A stretch of DNA of 64,000 nt, taken from positions 43,340,001 through 43,404,000 of the forward strand of contig NC_086097.1 in NCBI RefSeq assembly GCF_963921235.1, in the 5' to 3' direction. Shown here one piece after another: positions 13,598 through 25,767 of this stretch (the stretch's first letter is position 1; each line of letters starts with the position of its first letter). Under the pieces are notes generated by a model that worked only from the letters and a program-made list of their open reading frames with translations, was not told where the DNA came from and did no database searches. A program made the position numbers and the translations under genes. Source of the stretch: Mobula hypostoma. Lineage: Eukaryota.

Positions 13598-14336
13598 GTA
13601 AGACATAGTTTTCAATCAAGGTAATACATGGTAACCTGTTTCCGGTGGTGGTTAATCTGTTATTAGATATAGAAAAAATGCCTATTAAATTTTAATGCCT
13701 ATTTTCACTATTAAATCAATACGCATAATGATCAAATAAGATCTTGTCCTTTTTTGGATTAATTTTATTACTTCTGTGTATTTCTGAAATGCTTTCCTTT
13801 AATAATTTTATAAAATATTATTGTGCTTTTAGAAACTAGATTCATACTTGTAAGTGTAAAAGTTGAAAATTTTTTCAATCCATTTCTTTCCACAAAAACA
13901 ATGCTAAATGACATTTTAAGTTGTTCATCTTAAGGAATCGCTTTACATTTAAGTGGTTTTTGAAGAATTATTTTGTAAATATTATTGATATTCTGTTGGG
14001 TTTCTACTGTCATACTGTTCCCTGCTCCGTGCTGGGCTCTGCACCTACTGAATGTTTACGGCATTCTCTGCAAAACTGGCTTGACCCTGAGGTACTCAGT
14101 AAACCAGGTATGCATGCAGCCTTACATTTGGAGTAAGTTTTAATGTGCAATCAATTAATCATCCTTTCCTCCTGATAACATAAAACATGACAACTGAATT
14201 AAAATTCATAATGAGAAAATGCAATCCATTTAAGGTTTTTAATAAGTTATAAATTATTTAAATTTAGGAAGGAGGATACTAGTTAACATTAAGTATTACA
14301 GTAAAACTATTAAATTGTGATTTCTCCTTTTTGTAG

Positions 14337-14457
14337 ATTGGCAGAAAGACAAACCAATATTGTACATCGTTCAGTTAAATGCTTAGAGGGAAATGCAAAC
14401 AACTTAAGCCCAGGTGTAGTTCATAATCTATGGAGAATCCATAAGGGACGGAAACGG
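14337..14457 (+). CDS. MOK: MOK exon (start of C-terminal non-catalytic tail)
   Basis: tttctcctttttgtag|A...CGG|gtaag; 121 nt, phase 2 to phase 0; LAERQTNIVHRSVKCLEGNANNLSPGVVHNLWRIHKGRKR, ending like recalled human ..KEGRKQ. Confidence 0.85.
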
Positions 14458-14906
14458 GTAAGATGAGAGAAATTGGCATATTGCTTAACATTTTGCTGTC
14501 CCCCTAATGTATTTAATTGATAATTTGAAATTAATAATATGCTCAAAAGTAATTAAAACTGTAAATATTTTTGATGCAAGCCTAATATCATTACAGTACA
14601 ATACAAAATATAGCAGGTAACCAACAGCAAGATGGCGTTCATTGCCTTTCAAGTAACGTCATATAAAGGGTATACTGATTTTTGCCAGGTGGTGAAGGTG
14701 ACAATCTATTCTAAATATTTCTAAAAGGATTTTAGATATTACTTTAAGGCAGATTTCACAGACTGAATATGCAAATTATCAGGATTTCCTAGAAAGGTTC
14801 TTTTCAGTCATTTATTGGATGTGCATACCATAAACAAAACCGGTGTTCATTCTTCAAAGTTGCTGGTGAATGCAGCAGGCCAAGCAGCATCTATAGGAAG
14901 AGGCGC

Positions 14907-14942
14907 AGTCGACGTTTCAGGCCGAGACCCTTCGTCAGGACT
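14907..14942 (-). ncRNA. minimal type I hammerhead ribozyme motif (intact)
   Basis: Minus strand AGTC-CTGACGA-AGGGTCTCGGCCT-GAAA-CGTC^GACT; stem I AGTC/GACT, palindromic ACGT, GUC triplet. Confidence 0.8.
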
Positions 14943-15224
14943 AACTGAAGGAAGAGTGAGTAAGGGATTTGAAAGCTGGAGTGGGAGGGGGAGATGCAAA
15001 ATGATAGGAGAAGACAGGAGGGGGAGGGATAGAGCCGAGAGCTGGACAGGTGATAGGCAAAAGGGGATACGAGAGGATCATGGGACAGGAGGTCCGGGAA
15101 GAAAGATGGGGGGTGGTGACCCAGAGGATGGGCAAGAGGTATATTCAGAGGGACAGAGGGAGAAAAAGGAGAGTGAGAGAAAGAATGTGTGCATAAAAAT
15201 GAGTAACAGATGGGGTACGAGGGT

Positions 15225-16416
15225 CCAAACTAAAGGTGTAGCTATGGGCACCCGTATGGGTCCTAGCTATGCCTGCCTTTTTGTTGGGTTTGTGGAACAA
15301 TCTATGTTCCGTGCCTATTCTGGTATCTGTCCCCCACTTTTCCTTCGCTACATCGACGACTGCATTGGCGCTGCTTCCTGCACGCATGCAGAACTCGTTG
15401 ACTTTATTAACTTTGCCTCCAACTTTCACCCTGCCCTCAAGTTTACCTGGTCCATTTCCGACACCTCCCTCCCCTTTCTAGATCTTTCTGTCTCTGTCTC
15501 TGGAGACAGCTTATCCACTGATGTCTACTATAAGCCTACTGACTCTCACAGCTATCTGGACTATTCCTCTTCTCACCCTGTCTCTTGCAAAAACGCCATC
15601 CCCTTCTCGCAATTCCTCCGTCTCCGCCGCACCTGCTCTCAGGATGAGGCTTTTCATTCTAGGACGAGGGAGATGTCTTCATTTTTTAAAGAAAGGGGCT
15701 TCCCTTCCTCCACTATCAACTCTGCTCTTAAATGCATCTCCCCCATTTCACGTACATCTGCTCTCACTCCATCCTCCCACCACCCCACTAGGAATAGGGT
15801 TCCCCTGGTCCTCACCTACCACCCCACCAGCCTCCGGGTCCAACATATTATTCTCCGTAACTTCCGCCACCTCCAACGGGATCCCACCACTAAGCACATC
15901 TTTCCCTCCCCCCCTCTCTCTGCATTCCGCAGGGATCGCTCCCTACACAACTCCCTTGTCCATTCGTCCCCCCCATCCCTCCCCACTGATCTCCCTCCTG
16001 GTACTTATCCGTGTAAGCGGAACAAGTGCTACACATGCCCTTACACTTCCTCCCTTACCACCATTCAGGGCCCCAAACAGTCCTTCCAGGTGAGGCATCA
16101 CTTCACCTGTGAGTCGACTGGGGTGATATACTGCGTCCGGTGCTCCCGATGTGGCCTTTTATATATTGGTGAGACCCGACGCAGACTGGGAGACCGCTTT
16201 GCTGAACATCTATGCTCTGTCCGCCAGAGAAAGCAGGATCTCCCAGTGGCCACACATTTTAATTCCACATCCCATTCCCATTCTGACATGTCTATCCACG
16301 GCCTCCTCTACTGTAAAGATGAAGCCACACTCAGGTTGGAGGAACACCACCTTATATTCCGTCTGGGTAGCCTCCAACCTGATGGCATGAACATCGACTT
16401 CTCTAACTTCCGCTAA
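15225..16416 (+). CDS. Penelope RT (C-terminal half), Cys-rich linker and GIY-YIG endonuclease; 5'-truncated
   Basis: C-terminal ~396 codons of track ORF 14815-16416, with no stops; the N-terminal RT motifs are missing. Confidence 0.85.
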
Positions 16417-16719
16417 GGCCCCACCTCCCCCTCGTACCCCATCTGTTACTCATTTTTATGCACACATTCTTTCTCTCACTCTCCTTTTTCTCCCTCTGTC
16501 CCTCTGAATATACCTCTTGCCCATCCTCTGGGTCACCACCCCCCCCCCGTCTTTCTTCCCGGACCTCCTGTCCCATGATCCTCTCGTATCCCCTTTTACC
16601 AATCACCTGTCCAGCTCTCGGCTCTATCCCTCCCCCTCCTGTCTTCTCCTATCATTTTGCATCTCCCCCTCCCCCTCCCCCTCCAACTTTCAAATCCCTT
16701 ACTCACTCTTCCTTCAGTT

Positions 16720-16755
16720 AGTCCTGACGAAGGGTCTCGGCCTGAAACGTTGACT
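16720..16755 (+). ncRNA. minimal type I hammerhead ribozyme motif (GUU triplet)
   Basis: AGTC-CTGACGA-AGGGTCTCGGCCT-GAAA-CGTT^GACT. Confidence 0.78.
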
Positions 16756-18209
16756 GCGCCTCTTCCTACAGATGCTGCTTGGCCTGCTGCGTTCACCAGC
16801 AACTTTGATGTGTGTTGCTTGAATTTCCAGCATCTGCAGAATTCCTGTTGTCTGCTTTTAATTCTTCTTAAGCACATCATCCCTGTTGGGCAGAGGCTGC
16901 TGACAGCAGTTCATTAGAGTACTCTACCCTGGGCTAGTCTTGCATGTTTTCCATCACAGAAGATCCTTCTTCTCCTAGGGATTAGGTCTTTGGAGCTTCT
17001 GTTGGCATTTCTTTAGTTCTGGGTTTATATGGGAAGGGATTGCTAGCCTCATGCCCAATCCTTCTCCTTTTGTAGCCAAGCTTAGGACCATCCAATATTT
17101 GCTCTAGAGAAGGTGGTGGTGAGCTGATTTCTTGAACTGCTGAAGCTCTCCCATAGAAGTTATCCCCACGGTCTTTTTGAGTAGGGTGTTCAGGCAGTTT
17201 GATCCAGCAGCCGTGAATGAACAGTATTTCATTTCCAAATCAGACTTGTACCCATTGAATAGGAACTCACTTTGACAGGGTACAGGATTGTTTAAGTTCT
17301 CCTCCGCTGTATGGAGATGTTGTGCCTTCTGGACATAAAATCTGCAAACAGGAACTAAGACAAACAATTATGTGATGTTCTGGTGGGAGTCCAATTGAAT
17401 AAATCATGGTTGCTCAACAGTTGGGTTGTATCTGCTTTCAACTCAAGTAGCATGATGTTGCAGGCCTTTACAATGACATCTCAGTCCATAAATAAAGTGA
17501 TTGCTTTTTTTGGAAATTTAAAAATATAGTCACAGCAATATATGCAACTCTCCCTTGCTTGGCTTGCACCCAATGAATAGCACCTTTGAATAGAACTTAT
17601 GATACCCTAGCCTTGAACATTAAGCAATCACTTCCAAGAAAGTATTAAGCAACTATTTGGTGGAGGTCAGAAGAGAAATGGCAGTAAGGGCCAAGCAAAA
17701 CACCACCAGTTTTTACTTCACAACCTTCATCACTCTACCCTTCAAATACATAGGAATGCCATCACCCACAAGTTTTTCTTTGAGTCACCTATTATATCTG
17801 CTTGAATATACTTCACTATTTAATCTTTTGTTGCTGGATCACAACTCTAGAACAGTTTTGCCAATAGAATTCAGAGGTTTCTTCACAAGAGGGAGCACAG
17901 TGGTTGAAAAAGGCCACTTTCTCATGCAAATCTGCATTGTATATAACCGTGAGCCTTTTTAACAATGGCTTGATGCCAAGTAATTGACGTAAAAGTTAAA
18001 TTGTTTCAAGAGGCATTTGGGTAGATTTTGCATTCATATGGTTTCTCATATACTGTCCAGAGTTTAAAGAACTGGGTTTATTTTATTTGCTTCATATATT
18101 TAAGACTTTTAAAGATTGAATTAAATTTCTATTAGAATCTTGAAGCAAAATCAATAATTCTGTTTTTCATTGTTTATCAATGTTATTTAACTTAAAGGTT
18201 ACAATTGAT

Positions 18210-20172
18210 TGTCTGTCCCTGCTCCTGCTGCAATGAACTTGTGTCTGAAAACCTCGCCTCCACTGTATCCCCCTTGGTTTAGTCCCTTCTCACCTACATC
18301 CACGACATTTCATATGCTGTCAATCTCTTCAATAACATTAAATTCTGTGGCCCGAACTGCCTCATTTTCACCATGGATGTCCAATCCCTATACACTTCTA
18401 TCCCCCATCAAGAAGGCCTTAAAACTATCCACTTCTTTCTCAACAAAAAAATGGGTTTTAGAGTTTATTTTATATTCTTTGTCATGCTGCAAAATGTTGA
18501 GCTGCTAAACTGTGTTTCATTGCTCCACAACAATGACAATAAAGATCTTCTTCTTATTCTTCTTCAACCATTCCCCTCCACCACCACCCTTTTTCATTTA
18601 GCTGAACTGCTCCTCACCTTCAACAATTTGTCCTTCAGCTCTTCTCACTTTCTCCAAACTCATGAGGTAGACATGGACATCCACATTGGCCCCAGTTATA
18701 TTGGCTATGTGGAATAGTCCATGTCCTAAGCTTTCCTTGGTAATGCTCCCCAATTCTTTTTGTGCTACATTGATGATTGTATTGGTGCTTCATGCACCCA
18801 TGCTGAGCTCTTCAATTTCATCAACTTTGCATCCAACTTCCACACTGCCCTTAAATTCATTTGGTCCATTTCTGACACCTCGCTCCCCATTCTCGATTGA
18901 TTTTTTTTTTTCTGTCTCCATCTCAGCAGACAAACTGTCTACTGATATCTTTTATAAACCTACCAATTCCCACAGCTATCTTGGCTATACCACTTCCCAC
19001 CCTGTTCCCTGTGAAAATGCTATTCCCTTTTCACAGTTCCTTCGTCTCCACCACATCTTTTCCTAAGAAGAGGCTTTCCTTTCCAGGACATCAGAGGTGT
19101 TGTCCTTCTTCAAAGAACAGGATTTCCCTTCTTGATGCTGTCCTCACCTGCATCTCCTCTATTGCCCAGTCATCCATGCTCACCCCTTCTGCCTGCCATC
19201 TTAACAGGGATAGAGTTCCTCTTGTCCTTACCTACTGGCCCATGAGCCCCCACATCCAACACGTCATTTAACTTCCACCATTTTCAACAAGATCCTACCA
19301 CAAAAAACATCTTTCTATGGGAATCACTCTCTCCATGATTCCCTTGTCCGTTTGTCCTTCTCCACTTTTCCCCCTCCTGGCATGTATCCCTGCAAGCAAT
19401 AGGAATGCTACGCTTGCCCATTCACCTCCTCTTTCACTGCTGTTCAGGGCCCCCAACAGCCCTTCCAGGTGAGGCAACACTTCACCTTTGAATCTGTTCA
19501 GGTTGTCTGCTGTATCTAGTGCTTTTGATGTGGCCTCCTCTACATTGGTAAGACCCGATGCAAATTGGGGAACCACTTTGTCAAGCACCTTCACTCCACC
19601 TGTAAAAATCAGAATTGCCCAGCAGCCAACCATTTTCATTCCTATCCACTTTACCGTTCCGACATGTTAGTCCATGGCCTCCTCTTCTGCCACCATGATA
19701 TCACTCTCAGGGTGGAGGAGCAACACCTCATATTCTATCTAGGTAGCCTCTAATCTATTGCCATGGACATCAATTTCTCCTTCTGGGAATTGTTTTTCTC
19801 CACTTTTCCTCTTCTATTCCCCATTCTGGTCCTCATCTTCTCCTCACCAGCCTACCACTGTCCCCTATTGTCCCCTCTTCATTTCTTTTTTCCCATAGAC
19901 GATTATTCTTTCCTGTTATCAGATTCCTTCTTCTCTAGCCCTTTGCCTTTACCACCTATCACTTCCCAGCTTCATCCCTCCCTCCTCCACCCACCTAGCT
20001 TGACCTATCACCTTCTAGCTTGTCCTCCTTCCCCTCTATCCACCTTTAATTCTGGCATCTTCCCCCTTCCTATACAGTCCTGATGAAGGGTCTCAGCCCG
20101 AAATGTCAACTGTTTATTCACTTCCATAGATGCTGCCTGACTTGCTGAGTTCCTCCAGCATTTTGTGTGTGT
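18210..20172 (+). mobile_element. older, decayed Penelope-like element (RT, GIY-YIG and pseudo-LTR)
   Basis: MDVQSLYTSIPH, YIDD-like tacattgatgat, DIFYKPTNSH, NAIPFSQFLRL, LRVEEQHLIF; many stops; unrelated ~120-bp insert at ~18445-18565 ending aataaa..(ctt)n. Confidence 0.88.
20076..20111 (+). ncRNA. minimal type I hammerhead ribozyme motif (diverged)
   Basis: AGTC-CTGATGA-AGGGTCTCAGCCC-GAAA-TGTC-AACT. Confidence 0.65.
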
Positions 20173-20271
20173 TTTATTTTAGATACTGATTTTACATTGC
20201 TATGCTAAACCAAGTCTAAAACGTATTTTCGTTTAAAAGAGAGATTTATAATAAAACAGTTAAGCATACAG

Positions 20272-20475
20272 GATTTATTTCTTGCAAATGATCTGCAGGG
20301 TATCCCTATACGACGTCAGGTCCCTGTGGAACTGCCAAAGCTGAACGTGCCAGCCACAACAAAGCATGCTGGTTATCCCAATCGGATTCTAAAGCCAGTT
20401 TTTCCAAAAGTATCAATGCATAAAACTGGAACTCTACCTCAGGTCTCATCTGTACAGTATCTTGGAAAAAATAAG
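20272..20475 (+). CDS. MOK: MOK penultimate exon (acceptor uncertain: 20260, 20272 or 20299)
   Basis: Open frame containing VELPKLNV (recalled human MELPKLKL), ending LGKNK at AAG|gtatg; three in-frame CAG acceptors upstream. Confidence 0.75.
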
Positions 20476-20639
20476 GTATGAATGTTGACATTTTTGTTCA
20501 ATTTTATTTTGAGAACTACATTATTTTAAAAATTGTAGCTAAAAGTTCTAATCATTTTTTACATAATGCCTACACCAAGAATGTGCAAAAAAGGCTTTTT
20601 CAGATTAAAGGAATATCATAGAGTTTATTATCAGAATTG

Positions 20640-20868
20640 TTATATTTTGGTTGTAATGAATAATACAACTTTTTTTTCTTTTTCTTTTGTATTTGCAGTT
20701 TGTGGTCTTTTGCACATTGGTTGTTTGTCCGTCCTGTTGGGTGTGATCTTTCATTGATTTTATTGGGTTTTTTAGATTTTCTGTGTAATGTCCGCAAGAA
20801 AACAAATCTCGGGCTTGTATATGGTGACATATATGTACTTTGATAATAAATTTACTTTGTACTTTGTA
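20640..20868 (+). mobile_element. Rex/Babar-like LINE 3' UTR fragment
   Basis: Similar to the 3' end of the element at 28197-29228; tail aataaatttactttgtactttgta. Confidence 0.7.
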
Positions 20869-21049
20869 CAACATTTCTTAACGATAAACTACTTGTCTTC
20901 AAATATAACAATTAATTGCTTAAATGAAAACATGCTTATCAATGGCTACCAGCTAACTTAACCACGGTGAGAAAAACATCATCAGCAGCTTCACATTGTC
21001 GCAGTTAGAATCAAATGCTGTTCAGACCTTCAGTGTAGCTGACATATTC

Positions 21050-21885
21050 ATGAAGCAACTGTGTGGCTAGGCACAGTTCAAATACCATCTATAAATTTGC
21101 TGTTGACATAACTATTGTCAGCTGAATTTCAGACGATGATGAGGAGGCGTACAGGAGTGAGATAGATCAGCTGGTTGAGTGGCGAGAACAACAACAACCT
21201 TGCACTCAACGTCAATAAGACCAAGAAATTGATTGTGGACTTCAGGAAGGGGAAGTTAAGGGAACACACACCAATCCTTACTGAAGGATCAGCAGGAGAG
21301 GGTGGGCAGTTTCAAGTTCTTGGGTGTCAACACCTTTGAAGATCTATCCTGGGCCCAACATATTGATGCAATTACAAAGAAGGCATGACAGTGGCTATAT
21401 TTCGTTAAGAGTTTGATGAGACTTAGTATGTCACCAAAGACTATTTGCATTACTGGAGGGGTAACTGCACAGGATCGGGAAAAGTGTGGGAAGTTGTAAA
21501 CTCAGCCAGCTCCATCATGGGCACTAGCCTTCGAGGTCATTTTCAAAAAGGCAGCATCTATAATTAAGGACTCTCACCATTCTGAACATGCCCTCTTATT
21601 ACCATCATCAGAGAGAAGGTATAGGAGCCTGAAGACACACACATTTCCACATTTTTGGAAGATCTTCTCTTCTGCCATTAGATTTCTGAGTGGAAAACGA
21701 ACGCATGTGCACTACCTCATTATAATTTTTTTTCTTTTTTTGCTCTTTTTTGTACTACTTAATTTAATGTTTATGCATATTTATTGCAATTTATAGTTTT
21801 ATTATTATGTATTGCACTGTACTGCTGCTGCAAATTTTACGACATGTGCTAGTAATATTAAACCTGATTCTGATTCAGATTCTGA
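21050..21885 (+). mobile_element. Rex/Babar-like LINE 3' fragment
   Basis: Decayed KFADD (aaatttgctgttgac), NNNLALNVNKTKKLIVDFRK, FKFLGV; (GATTCT)n tail. Confidence 0.8.
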
Positions 21886-22388
21886 AGACATTCTGTCTTT
21901 TTCCAGTTGGTGTAGCCAGAAATCCACAGGGAAGTGGATAATTTCAACAACCACAAACATACAAACTAAATAATTTTGGTACAGTTTATTTGACCTTCTA
22001 AAGGTGGTGACAGTGAGGGGGTAAGTTGTCCAGTATTAGGTCTTTCTCCATGTGAGTTTTTTTTCATAACTATCCTTCTATCACGGTTTATTTGTAGCTT
22101 TCTTAAGTAATAACATTGGACCATTTTTTAAAAATCTCTTCCCTTATCCTCCCCTAACTCCCCTTTTCCATTTCATTCAACAGCTCAAACAGATTAGTTT
22201 TAAAGTCAGATAGAATTCCAATTTGTTTGATCCCTGAGGATGACTCTCATTCTCCAGAAAGCTAAAGCAAGTACTGTATAAGATTTAAATGGAACGTACT
22301 TGATCAAGCATCAAAACACATGTGAAATACTTCAGTCTGAGTTGATTGAGCATAACTTTCTTCTCTGGTTTTGATTCTGGGTTGCCGC

Positions 22389-22652
22389 AGGGTGGCATGG
22401 TAGCGTAGTGGGTAGCACACCACTTTACAGTACCGGCGAGCAGGGTTCAATCCCCACCACTGCCTGTACCTTCTCCCTGTGACTGCGTGGATTTCGTCCG
22501 GGTGCTCTGGTTTCCTCTCACATTCCAAAGATGTACTGATTTGATAGGTTAATTGGTCATTGTAGATTGTCCTGTGATTAGGCAAGGATTAAATCGGGGG
22601 ATTGCTGGGTGGCATGACTTGAAGGCCTGCTGCATCTAAATAAATAAATAAA
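22389..22652 (+). mobile_element. tRNA-derived V-SINE
   Basis: A box ggtagcgtagtgg, B box gggttcaatccc, V-domain gggtgctctggtttcctctcacattccaaagatgt, (TAAA)n tail. Confidence 0.8.
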
Positions 22653-22944
22653 GCCACTGTATCTTTCAGCAAGAAAGATTAAAGCACAGGGTTGGAACAA
22701 TGATGTAGCTTTATTTGACTCCCATCTTCACCAAGATTGATTTTGTTGTAGACTCCCTGTTTCCATTTGGAGAAAAATCTGAGAAAGATGGATAGTGGAG
22801 CCAAATATAATGGCTGATGTTTTTATCAGAATTAGAATTATGGGTTTATCATTAAAGCATATGATCAAGGCTAACATTTTAGGGCTGCACTGAGCAGGTG
22901 TTCTTTCTAGGGAATCTATTTAAATTGGTACACAAATTCTGATA

Positions 22945-23680
22945 GAACATAGAACTGTAGAGAACATGAACAGGCCCAATGGTACTTTATATCCATGCAG
23001 ACCAGGATGCCAAATAAAACTAGTTCACCTACACTCGATTCATATCTCGCTGTTCCCTTCATGTCCGTGTTGTCTAAATACCCTTTAAATACCAATATCA
23101 TATTGGCTTCCATCAACACATTTGGCAGCACATTCCTAATACTTGTTGTTTAGGAAAAAACCTTGCCCTCTCTCACTTCAAAGTTATGCCTTCTAGAATA
23201 TGACATATCAACCCTGGGAAAGGTATTCTAACTATCTAGCCTATCTATGCCCCTCATAATTTTATATACTTTTAAAGGTCACCCCTGAAAATTCAAAGTT
23301 CAAAGTAAATTTATTATCAAAGTACATATATATACCACTATATACTACCCTGAGATTCCTTTTCTTGTGGATATTCACGGTAAATACAAAGAAATGCAAT
23401 AGAGTAAATGAAAAACTGCACACATCAAAGACAGATGAACAACCAATGTGCAAAAGACAACAAATTGTACAAATACAAAAAAAAACTAAGTAAGTGAATC
23501 CATAGGTTGTGGAATTTTTCCTCAGACAGGAGTTGATACATGTCCTCACCAACCTTTCAAAGCACTTCATCACAGTGGATGTAAGTGCTACTGACTGATA
23601 ATCATTGAGGCAGGTTACCATGTTCTTCTCAGACTCCCACACTCCAGAGAAAACAACCCAAGATTGTCTAACCTCTCGTT
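22945..23680 (-). mobile_element. CR1 3' fragment interrupted by a Rex/Babar-like fragment (23290-23628)
   Basis: atagaacatagaa tail at the left; the inner piece has a ttcaaagttcaaagtaaatttatt tail and VALTSTVMKCFERLV; CR1 resumes actccagagaaaacaaccc. Confidence 0.7.
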
Positions 23681-24355
23681 GATGTAATTGAAAAAGCGTG
23701 GGTGTTTCTCTAGTATGTTGTCCTTTACTCCTTATGAATCAGTTATTAACCATATATAGTAAAAAAAAATAAAGCTTCACTCAGCTCATTTGTTTGTGAA
23801 GTTTTGCTGACTGCAGTTAGGATGGAATAAGATGTATCGATACAAGGTTATGGAAATTCAGTCACATAGCATTTGTATTTAACCTACTACAGGATTAATT
23901 AATTCTGTTAAATCAATGACAGAATGCAGTCAGTACATTGTAGTACATGTTCTGTACTGTGAAACTTTTCGTAGCCTGTTGCTATGCATGTTTCAGAGAT
24001 ACATCTGAACCACAGACATGCTTCTTAAGTAGGTCATCCATCTTTTGGAGCTGGCAACAGGAAACATACGGGCATCAATGAAATTTGGAATAACAGTGAC
24101 GCTGAAAACAAGAATTTTGTAAGAGAATGCTTTTCTTCCAATTTTCTGGTAGCGATAAAGGTACATTTGTGTGTCACTCTGTTCTCCCAGTGACAACCTA
24201 GAGTTTTTTGCCATCCAGGAAAGTATTACTCACTCAAAGTGAAAATAACAAAGTTGGTCTTCATTGTTAGAGATTTTGGGTACAGAAATAAGAATGCTTT
24301 GGAACAGGTATATGTAGAGGAGCAGGTATATATAGAGTTGTAGTAAGACTATGCC

Positions 24356-25390
24356 TCAGAATCAGAATCAAAATCAGGTTTAATATCACCTGCATATAAA
24401 ATTAAATCAGCAGTGCAAAAAGAGAGCAAATAAAAAAGAAAAGAAATGGGGGGTAGTGTGCATGGATTCATTGTTCACTCAGAAATCTGATGACTGTGGG
24501 GAAGAAGCTTCAGGCTCCTGTACCACCTCCTTGATGGTAACAATGAAAAGAAGGCATGTTCTGGGTGATGGGGGTCCTTAATGATAGATCACCTTTTGAA
24601 GCTGTCCTCTGCTCAAGTGCTCAGTGAGCACCCATGATGGAACTGGCTGAGTTTGCAACTTCCTGCAGCTTTTTCCAATCCTGTGCAGTTACCCCTCCAT
24701 AGCAGACGGTGATGCAACCAGTTAGAATGCCCTCTACAGTACATCTGTAAAAATGTGCGAGTCTCTGGTGATATATGCCAAGTCTCTTCAAACTGCTAAT
24801 GAAATATAGCTGCTGCTGTCCCTTCTTTGTAATTGCATCAATATGTCGGGCCCAGGATAGATCTTTAAAGATGTTGACACCCAGGAACTTCAAACTACTC
24901 ATCCTTTCCTGTGGAATTCTCTGCCCCAATTAAGCAGTGGAGGCTACCTCAGTAAACATGTTTAGGACAAGGTGGGATAGATTTTTGCATAGTAAAAGAA
25001 TTAAGGGTTATGGGGAAAAGGCAGGTAGGTGGAGATGAGTCCATGGCCAGATCAACCATGATCTTATTGAATGGGGGAGCAGGCTCAATGGGCCAGATGA
25101 AGATTGGTGTGTGTCCCTCAACTTCCCCTTCCTGAAGTTCACAATCAATTCCTTAGTCATGCTGACATTGAGTGTAAGGTTGTTATTTCGACACCACTCA
25201 GCCAACTGATCTATCTCAATCCTGTATGCCTCCATGTCACCAAGTGATATTCTGCCAACAATAATTGTGTCATTGGCAAAGTTATGAATGGTATTTGAGC
25301 TGTGCTTAGCCATAGAGTTGTGGGTGTAGGGAGAATAGAGCAATAGGCTAAGCATGCATCCTTGAGGTATGCCAGTGTTGATTTTTACCA
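24356..25390 (-). mobile_element. Rex/Babar-like LINE fragment with an internal + strand CR1 piece (24911-25099)
   Basis: NTGIPQGCMLSLLLYS, NFANDT, KFLGVNI; tcagaatcagaatc tail. Confidence 0.8.
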
Positions 25391-25767
25391 GAACTGTGCA
25401 TGCAGTTTTAGTCTCTTTACCCAATAAAGGATGTACTGTATGCAGAATACTGAAGGCTCACTGAACTGATACTTGGGGGGGAAAAAGGAACTGTTGTATG
25501 AGAAGCGACGGAGCAGTTTGACTGGTAGTCTAATCATTAGAGCTTAGATCAACAAGAGGGGATCTCAGTGGCAGAATGGATACAGAGAGAATGATTCTCC
25601 TCGCTGAAGGGTCTGAAATGAGGAGGCAGTGTCTTAAGTATATGGACCAAGGCATTTAGAACTGAGATAGAGGAAAAATTTCTTCAGAACTTGATTTTTC
25701 TACTACAAGAGCTAGTGAAGGCCGTCTGTTCACACTTCATACGGGTTGATACATTTTGTCTTCACAA

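Larger units (their letters stand above)
14854..16852 (+). mobile_element. young Penelope-like element with an inverted 5' pseudo-LTR
   Basis: 14854-15223 is the reverse complement of ~16429-16809; 15225-16416 is an uninterrupted frame with QTKGVAMG, LRYIDD, FLDL, YYKPTD, CxxxxCxxC and GIY-YIG (VIY..YIGET..R..EH). Confidence 0.95.

Noticed and set aside
20183..20475. Acceptor at 20182 as the start of the MOK coding exon
   Set aside because: Out of frame with VELPKL given the phase-0 upstream donor; the VELPKL frame also has TAA at 20206
22389..22470. tRNA gene (A and B boxes); likewise at 30652 and 39657
   Set aside because: No cloverleaf; followed by a V-SINE domain and AT-rich tail, so these are SINE heads
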